Shown: piece by piece, positions 57,714 to 64,000 of the stretch
How the letters are laid out: each line of letters begins with the position of its first letter
Position numbering within the stretch: position 1 is the stretch's first letter
Source of the DNA: an uncultured virus (IMG/VR IMGVR_UViG_3300032053_000012)
Lineage: Duplodnaviria > Heunggongvirae > Uroviricota > Caudoviricetes
DNA: 64,000 bases
Direction: 5' to 3' (one strand)
Virus record (IMG/VR): IMGVR_UViG_3300032053_000012
Program-made: the position numbers and the translations under genes
The notes under the pieces: generated by a model
Databases searched by the model: none
What the model was told of the DNA's origin: nothing
The model's input: only the letters and a program-made list of their open reading frames with translations

Positions 57714-60494
57714 TCACGTGGTCCTCCCGCCCGGGTCGAACAGTGCGAGCTGCGGCGCGGCCGTCGTCGGGGTCGGCGCGGTCGGCTCCGCAGGCTTCGC
57801 GGGCGGCGTCGGCGCCGTCCCGTCGAAGATCGTCCGCTGCTGCGTGGCGCGCAGCACGCGCCCGCGCGCGACCTCGACGTACTCGGCCTCGCGCTCGAAG
57901 CCGATCGCGCGGAACCCCTCGAGCCGCGCGGCCACGAGCGTAGTGCCGCTGCCCGCGAACGGGTCGAGCACGACGCCGCCCGGCGGCGTCGCGAGCTTGA
58001 CCAGCCAGCGCATGAGCGCGACGGGCTTGCAGGTCGGGTGGTGGTTCTTGCGCGGCGAGTGCGTCGCGGCCTCGACCCACTCGGGGTCTGGGCATGCGCA
58101 CGCGCCCGAGACGTTCGCCGCCTGGCGGCCGCAGCGCGCGCAGCGCTTCTGCCCGACGACCGCGCGCTCGCGCGGCGGCAGGGCCTCGCAGCCGTCCTCG
58201 CGCTCCTCGGTCGATGCCTTGCCGCAGTAGAGGAAGGGCGCGGCGAGGTCGAGGTCGTCCGGCGCGTGGGGCGCGTGCTCGGGCGCGTCGAGCTCGGTCG
58301 ACCACTCGAACGTCGGGAAGAAGCGCGAGGCGCCGCCCGAGTCGGCGTAGACGGCGGCAGGGAGCAGACCGCCCGAGTACCCGCTCGGCGACGCCGCACG
58401 AGGCAGGTCGTGACGCTGTCGTGGATCCTCTCGTCCTGTCAGCGTCGACGGTCGCTCCCCGCTCTGCCTGTCCATCTCCGCGACGGGGCAGCCGGGCGCG
58501 CACTCGAACGCCGCGTCGAGCTCGGTCGACCACTCGAACGTGGGGAAGAAGCGCGAGGCGCCGCCCGTGTCTGCGTAGACCGTCTCGGGTCGGATCTGGT
58601 TGCGCTTCGCGCCGAGCGCGACCGACTCTGTGACCTCGCCGACGAAGCCGGGCGAGTAGCCGCTCGTCAGCGTCCCGCTCTGTCTGTCCATCTCCGCGAC
58701 GGGGCATCCTGGCTCGCACGAGAACGCGGCGACCGTCTCGGTCCCGTCGGCGTCGGCGTAGGTCTGGTCCGGCGTCCCTTCGTCGAAGCGACCTAGCGCG
58801 GCGCCGAGCGCGACCTTGTCGCCGCCCGTCGTGCCGTGCCGGTGGACGGCGACGCCGGTCGCGACCCTCCGCTCCCCGACGCGTCGGCACGCGGCCGAGT
58901 GGACGATAAGGACGTTCGGCGGCCAGCGGCCCTCGGGCTGCCGGAAGTCGCCGAGGTCCCCCTGGCGGAACCCGCTGCCCTTCCCGTCCGATCGGTCCGC
59001 GTTCTGCCACTCCGTCGTCTTGTCGCGACGCTCGCCTGAGTAGGCGCCACCGTTCAGGTTGTCGGTCGTTCCCACGCGGCACGCGTCCACGTGGATCGCG
59101 CCCGTCCCGTGCGCGAGCACGTTCTCCGCGACCGTGCCGTCGAGTGGCTTCCGGGCGAGCACGACCGGCTCGTGCGCGGGCTTGAGTGCCGTCCCCCAGC
59201 CTTCCCAGCGGCGAGCCGCGTCGGTCGCGGGGGCGGTCACGGGAACCGTTCCCGCCCTGCCGACTGTCCCCACGCTGTAGTTGTGCTCCCGCAGGTCTTC
59301 CGGGTTCAGGACGCGAGTGACCGCCTTCTGACCGACTACCTCGCGCTCCGCGCCGGCCGCCTTGTCGATCGCTTTTCCTACGCTCAGACTCTTGGGGAAA
59401 CCTTGCCCCCCAACCCAGTGAATTGAATCACGAATCTCGAACCCCGCGTCCTCGATCGCGCACGTCATGCGGTGGTACGTGCGCGTCCCTCCGAACGCGA
59501 GCAGGTGCCCGCCCGGCTTGAGCACGCGCAGCACCTCGCGCCAGAGCTCGACGCTGTGCGCGATCCCCGTCCCGTCCCACTGCTTGCCCATGAACCCGCC
59601 GACCGGTCGGTTGTCCCCGTTCACGCCGACGCGGTGCCGGCTATACGGCCCCGCCCCCTGCGGCGCAGGCTTGGTCCTCTTCGCCGAGGTGAGCTCGTAG
59701 GGCGGGTCGGTCACGACCGCGTCGACCGACGCGTCCGGCATGGCGCGCAGCAGGTCGAGGCAGTCGCCCTGGTAGAGCAGGCAGCCCGCGTCGTCCACCA
59801 CGGGTGTCGGCAGCGAAGCTCGCGCGGGCGATCGCTCGGCTTCCTCGGCTTCTGATTCTCGGAGCGCCGCTCGCACGCGGTTCTCCTCGAGCGCGAACAC
59901 GGCGTCCCGCGAGACGTCCCGCGAGACTTCGTTCGGTCCGAGACTGCCTGGTATCTCGCGCAGCCCGACGTAGACCTGCTTGTGCACTCCAACGTGTCTC
60001 GGCTTGAGCACGCAGACGCCGAGCAGTGCACCAGCCGCGTCGTACTGGCCGCCGCACTGGAGGTCGTCGAAATCGTCGGACGGCTCTAGCTCCGGGCACG
60101 GCGCGTCGGGCGCATCGGCGACGTCGGGATCTCTCAACGTCGTTGAGAGTGTTGAGAGTGTTGAGAGTGTTGAGAGCGGCAGCGTGCGCATCGTCCCCGT
60201 CGTGGTGAACGGCGGCTCGCCGCGCAGGAACGCGGCGCGGTCTGGGCACGCGCCGCCGCACGCGGCGCAGGTCAGCTCGGCGCCGTCCTCGGCGAGCGCG
60301 CAGCCCGGGCGCGGGCCGCTCGCGACGCTCGCGACGTTCTCGACGCTCTCGACCACGGGGACGCGCGACGCGTGCGAGGCGTGCGACGCGTGCGCCCGCG
60401 CGGCCTCGCTCGTCCCGAGCCGCTGCTCGCGCGGCGGCCCGCGCCGCTTCGGTTTTGGCTTCTTCGCCTTCGGCTCTTGATCGTCGCTCGCCAT
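57714..60494 (-). CDS. DNA amino-methyltransferase (N6_N4_Mtase, beta class) with long N-terminal extension
   Basis: GDCLDLL, VTDPPY, RVLKPGGHLLAF, HPTCKP.ALMRWLV and VLDPFAGSGTT. Confidence 0.92.
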   Translation of the reverse strand: MASDDQEPKAKKPKPKRRGPPREQRLGTSEAARAHASHASHASRVPVVESVENVASVASGPRPGCALAEDGAELTCAACGGACPDRAAFLRGEPPFTTTGTMRTLPLSTLSTLSTLSTTLRDPDVADAPDAPCPELEPSDDFDDLQCGGQYDAAGALLGVCVLKPRHVGVHKQVYVGLREIPGSLGPNEVSRDVSRDAVFALEENRVRAALRESEAEEAERSPARASLPTPVVDDAGCLLYQGDCLDLLRAMPDASVDAVVTDPPYELTSAKRTKPAPQGAGPYSRHRVGVNGDNRPVGGFMGKQWDGTGIAHSVELWREVLRVLKPGGHLLAFGGTRTYHRMTCAIEDAGFEIRDSIHWVGGQGFPKSLSVGKAIDKAAGAEREVVGQKAVTRVLNPEDLREHNYSVGTVGRAGTVPVTAPATDAARRWEGWGTALKPAHEPVVLARKPLDGTVAENVLAHGTGAIHVDACRVGTTDNLNGGAYSGERRDKTTEWQNADRSDGKGSGFRQGDLGDFRQPEGRWPPNVLIVHSAACRRVGERRVATGVAVHRHGTTGGDKVALGAALGRFDEGTPDQTYADADGTETVAAFSCEPGCPVAEMDRQSGTLTSGYSPGFVGEVTESVALGAKRNQIRPETVYADTGGASRFFPTFEWSTELDAAFECAPGCPVAEMDRQSGERPSTLTGREDPRQRHDLPRAASPSGYSGGLLPAAVYADSGGASRFFPTFEWSTELDAPEHAPHAPDDLDLAAPFLYCGKASTEEREDGCEALPPRERAVVGQKRCARCGRQAANVSGACACPDPEWVEAATHSPRKNHHPTCKPVALMRWLVKLATPPGGVVLDPFAGSGTTLVAARLEGFRAIGFEREAEYVEVARGRVLRATQQRTIFDGTAPTPPAKPAEPTAPTPTTAAPQLALFDPGGRTT

Positions 60495-60506
60495 GCTCCT
60501 GCTCTC

Positions 60507-60974
60507 CTACGAGCGGCCGCGCCGCGCGGCCAGCGGCTCGAGCGCCTGCTCGACCGCGCGCGACCCCGCCCGGAAGCACGCCGGGCAGAGCGCGAACGGC
60601 GCCGCGCCGCCCACCTCCCCGACGCTCACGCCCGACTCGACGTCGCCGACGCCGAGCCGGCCCGTCGACTGCGCGAACGCCCCCACGACCCAGCCCTCTG
60701 GCAGGTCCGCGACCGAGACCGGCTCGACGCCCACGCCGCCGATGCCGGTCTCAGTGATCACGCCGCCGATCCGCTGGACTCCGCCGCACGCGCAGCAGAT
60801 CGGCGCGACCCTCTCGGCGACCAGGGCGTCGATTGCCGCGCTCGCGTTCGTCTGTAGGTCGCTCGTCGCACTCGTCGGGATCACGCTCGTTGCGCACTCG
60901 CAGCCGTCCGAGTTCGATCGGCCGCAGGCACCACAGTAGTTGTTCTCACCGGTTCCGAACTTCACCATGCCCAT
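60507..60974 (-). CDS. hypothetical zinc-binding protein
   Basis: CGACG, CCACGG and CPAC. Confidence 0.5.
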   Translation of the reverse strand: MGMVKFGTGENNYCGACGRSNSDGCECATSVIPTSATSDLQTNASAAIDALVAERVAPICCACGGVQRIGGVITETGIGGVGVEPVSVADLPEGWVVGAFAQSTGRLGVGDVESGVSVGEVGGAAPFALCPACFRAGSRAVEQALEPLAARRGRS

Positions 60975-61558
60975 TCACTCCTCCGTTCTGCTTCGCCACC
61001 GACGGACGACCTCGAGCGCCCTCGCGCGGCTTCGCCATCGTTCAACGGCCTGCCAGACGAGCACGCACCAGTAGGCGAGGATCGCGAGGCCGATGATCAG
61101 GAACGCGAGGTCGACCACGCCGCGCATCGCGCGGAGGCACGAGCCGACGAGCAGCACCGACGAGACCAGCATCGACGCGAGCGAGAGCCAGTCGGTCCCG
61201 CCCTCGCCCAGCGCGTGCTGGACCATGCGGAGCTCGTCCGCCGTCAGCGGCGACGCCTCGTTCGTCTCGCTCGCTTCGTCGCTTGCCTCGCTCGTCTTCA
61301 CGGCGCACCTCCATCGTTTCAGTCGGTCGGCTCGGTCGGCCTCGCGGCCGTGCGCCTCTCCGCGCGCGCCATGCGGCGCTTCTTCCTCGCGTGGGCACGC
61401 GCGTCGTTCGCGTTGTAGCCGTTGTCGTAGACACGCCCAGTAGCCCTCGCTGAGACCTGCCTGCCGACCACCCTTGATCCGCTTGCCCCTCCGTAGGACG
61501 AGCGTGGTCGTCGCGCGACGGCGCGGAGCCTTTTCGACACGTCTCGGGTTCACGTGGC

Positions 61559-62944
61559 TCACGGTGCCCTCCCGAGGCCGCCCGCGAAGGGCATCACGCC
61601 CTGGCTCGTCCTCCGCCATGCGAGCCGCGCGTACTTCGGGTTGAGCTCGACGCCCACCGCGCGGCGCCCCGCCTCGCGCGCGACCAGCAGGGTCGTGCCC
61701 GCCCCCGAGAACGGGTCGAGCACCACGCACGGCACGACGATTTTCGCCGCGTGCTCCTCTGTCCCGTCCCACCCCTCGCGCGCGCAGTCGCCGCCTCCTC
61801 CGAGCGCGTCGCGCGGCGAGCACGACGGCTCCCAGCCGACCGTGCGCTGGGTCGGCGACTCGACCACCGTGCCGTGCATCGCCGTCGACAGGCCCGCCGC
61901 CCTCTTCGCGTCCTGTCGAGGACTTGGCCGGAACACCGTCTTGGTCCGCTCGAGCACGCGCCGCCACGGCGCGCCGCAGGCGACGCACGCGCCCCGCTCG
62001 CTGCTGCCGGCGAGCAGGCAGAGCCGCGCCAGTTCCTCGGGCATCACCGCGAAGTGCTCGTGGCTCTCGTCGCGGTACCCCTGGCTCGTGATCGGCCACA
62101 CCGACCGGCGGTTCCGCGTCGCGCCCGCGGCGGCGGTCTCGGCTCGCTGCTCGCCGCCGCGCCACTGCTCGGTCGCGCGGCCGTCCATCGCGCGCATGCC
62201 CGGGCTGCCGTGAGGTCGTCGCGTGTCCTGCGTGATCGCGGGCTCGCAGATCGCGACCGCGTCGTAGTAGTACGAGGGCGACTTCGCGAGCAGGAAGACG
62301 TACTCGTGCGCCTTGGTCGGACGGTCCTCCACGCTCTCCGGCATGACGTTGAGCTTGGACCACAGGATGTCCGCGCGCAGGTACCAGCCGTCGGCGCGCA
62401 GCGCGAACGCCACCATCCACGGGATCCCGACCAGGTCCTTCTCCTTCAGACCTGCAGGGACCGGACCCCCGCGCGTTCGATCATTGTCCTCGAGTCCCGC
62501 GCGACCCTCCGACCGCTTGGATCCCCAGCGCGCCGCGTAGCTGTCCCCGAGGTTCAGCCAGAGCGTGCCGTCGTCGCGCAGCACGCGCCGCACCTCGCGC
62601 AGCACCGCGACCAGCTCGGCGACGTAGCCCTCCGGCGTCCGCTCGAGGCCGATCTGCGCGTCGACCCGCCGCGCGCCGCAGCGTCGGCACGCGCTCGCGT
62701 CCGCGTCCGGGCGCTGCCCGGTCGTGATCGCTCCTGGCGCCTTCGAGTCCGACACCTGGTCACCCACGCGATGCTCGCACGCCGGGTCGCCGCCCTCCCA
62801 CGACGCTGTTCCATAGTCCCTGAGACCCCAGTAAGGCGGACTCGTCACGCAGCAGTGGACGCTCCGGTCTGGTAGCTCGCGCAGCCGCGCGCGGCAGTCG
62901 CCGACGAGCAGCCGGATCGACCCGTCGTCGAGGTCGTCGGTCAT
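61559..62944 (-). CDS. DNA amino-methyltransferase (SPPY type, possibly m4C)
   Basis: VTSPPYWGLRDYG, LWLNLGDSY, HFAVMP and VLDPFSGAGTT. Confidence 0.92.
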   Translation of the reverse strand: MTDDLDDGSIRLLVGDCRARLRELPDRSVHCCVTSPPYWGLRDYGTASWEGGDPACEHRVGDQVSDSKAPGAITTGQRPDADASACRRCGARRVDAQIGLERTPEGYVAELVAVLREVRRVLRDDGTLWLNLGDSYAARWGSKRSEGRAGLEDNDRTRGGPVPAGLKEKDLVGIPWMVAFALRADGWYLRADILWSKLNVMPESVEDRPTKAHEYVFLLAKSPSYYYDAVAICEPAITQDTRRPHGSPGMRAMDGRATEQWRGGEQRAETAAAGATRNRRSVWPITSQGYRDESHEHFAVMPEELARLCLLAGSSERGACVACGAPWRRVLERTKTVFRPSPRQDAKRAAGLSTAMHGTVVESPTQRTVGWEPSCSPRDALGGGGDCAREGWDGTEEHAAKIVVPCVVLDPFSGAGTTLLVAREAGRRAVGVELNPKYARLAWRRTSQGVMPFAGGLGRAP

Positions 62945-63095
62945 CGCGTCGGTCCCCCGCTCGCTCGTCGCTCCTCGGGACCGATGCACCCCACGGACGG
63001 GACCCCTCGCTCTTCCCCGATCGAGGGAACGTCAGGCGTGGGACCCCGTCCGTGGAGCGTATCCCCACGTCTTTCACGCGCGCGCGCGCGGACGC

Positions 63096-63530
63096 TCACG
63101 GCGTCCCCCGGCGCGCGCGCCAGAGCGTCGAGGCCGCGAGCCGCGCGAGCTCGCGGTCCGCCGTCGACCACCCCATGCACGACTCGGTCGCGTACGTCGC
63201 GTACGGCCCCGCGTAGTCGACCAGCCGCTGCTCGTCGACGCCCTCGCGGCCGAGCGCGTCGACCACCCAGTGGGGCAGGTCCTCCCACTCGTCGAGCAGG
63301 GCCGACGCCACCGCGGCCGCGCGCAGGTCTGCCGCCCGCACCGCGGCCGACAGCGCGCCGCGGTCGAGCGACCACAGTTCGTCGGCGACGCGCCGCGCGA
63401 GTACCGCGACCTCGCCCTCGTAGTCGAGGAGTGCGCGCTCGACGTCGCGCGGCAGCGTCCACGACGTCCTGCCCAGCGCGACGGACGCGCGGCTCGGCAC
63501 CGCGAGACCCACGCCTGCGCGCGCGCTCAC
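63096..63530 (-). CDS. hypothetical protein
   Basis: GTGA-coupled ORF. Confidence 0.45.
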   Translation of the reverse strand: MSARAGVGLAVPSRASVALGRTSWTLPRDVERALLDYEGEVAVLARRVADELWSLDRGALSAAVRAADLRAAAVASALLDEWEDLPHWVVDALGREGVDEQRLVDYAGPYATYATESCMGWSTADRELARLAASTLWRARRGTP

Positions 63531-63820
63531 GCGTCCACCGTCGAAGGCAGCAGCACGCCGCGCCAGCCGCACGCGCCGCACCGCTGGTGCAAGTGAACGC
63601 CCGGCTCGTCGCAGTAGACCCTCCTCGAGAAGACCCACCAGCCGCGCCGCCCCACCATCGCGCGGGCGTCGGGCGCGCAACAGACCGGCCTCGACGCATC
63701 GCAGAAGCGCATGGTGCGTCCAACGACGATCAGCAGGCTCGTGTCGCACGCGGGGCACCGCGTCAGCGGGCCGCGCGCGAGGGACTTCGACGTCGGCAGG
63801 CGGTAGACCGACGCGGTCAC
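63527..63820 (-). CDS. small Cys-rich protein
   Basis: CPAC...HLHQRCGACG; GGAGG RBS. Confidence 0.5.
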   Translation of the reverse strand: MTASVYRLPTSKSLARGPLTRCPACDTSLLIVVGRTMRFCDASRPVCCAPDARAMVGRRGWWVFSRRVYCDEPGVHLHQRCGACGWRGVLLPSTVDA

Positions 63821-64000
63821 GACGCGTCCTCCCTGCCGACGGGTCCGAGCGCACCCTCGCGCTCGGTCCTACCCTCGTTGTCGTCGACCTCCTCGACCTC
63901 CGCGTCTCCTTCCGTGCCTTCCGCGAGCGCGGAGGCCAGCGCCTCCTCCACGTCCCTCGGCAGCCCGAACAGCCCGAGCGCGCCACGGCACGCGACGAAC

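Noticed and set aside
1..64000. tRNA/rRNA genes, integrase or att sites, reverse transcriptase or DGR
   Set aside because: None recognised by eye; the duplicated segments do not show adenine-specific variation

Overview
Very GC-rich (about 70% or more by eye), gene-dense window that reads as part of a bacteriophage or provirus genome. The host is unknown; a myxobacterium-like host is only an inference. Almost all real genes are on the minus strand, apart from a divergent plus-strand block at about 49.7-54.4 kb; the long plus-strand ORFs elsewhere are GC-rich shadow frames. Modules: (1) about 1-24.7 kb, a putative virion module of small membrane-anchored and beta-rich proteins, with membrane-anchored amidase, lytic transglycosylase and LysM proteins, a dual-specificity phosphatase, three tandem paralogs, and a transglutaminase-like Cys enzyme with an intein at its catalytic Cys. 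No terminase, portal, HK97 capsid or tail genes are recognisable. (2) About 28-35 kb, replication and repair: RecD2-like helicase, UDG-like protein, VapE helicase and an iteron-rich putative origin. (3) About 35.7-40.3 kb, lysis: GH25 muramidase, papain-like peptidase, lipoproteins, holin-like proteins and an M15 peptidase. (4) 40.9-45.1 kb, two tandem PAPS-reductase-family genes next to a compact type V CRISPR locus. It has a Cas12m (V-M/V-U1)-like, apparently nuclease-dead effector split by a 1-nt frameshift, 9 identical 36-bp repeats, no cas1/cas2, and a perfect 23-bp inverted anti-repeat capping the distal end of the array. (5) 45-54 kb, accessory genes: XRE, HicA-like, a stand-alone ScoMcrA-head-like domain, RadC and DUF3085. 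(6) 54-64 kb, a DUF488 fusion and two DNA methyltransferases. All family calls come from motif recognition by eye, not database searches.
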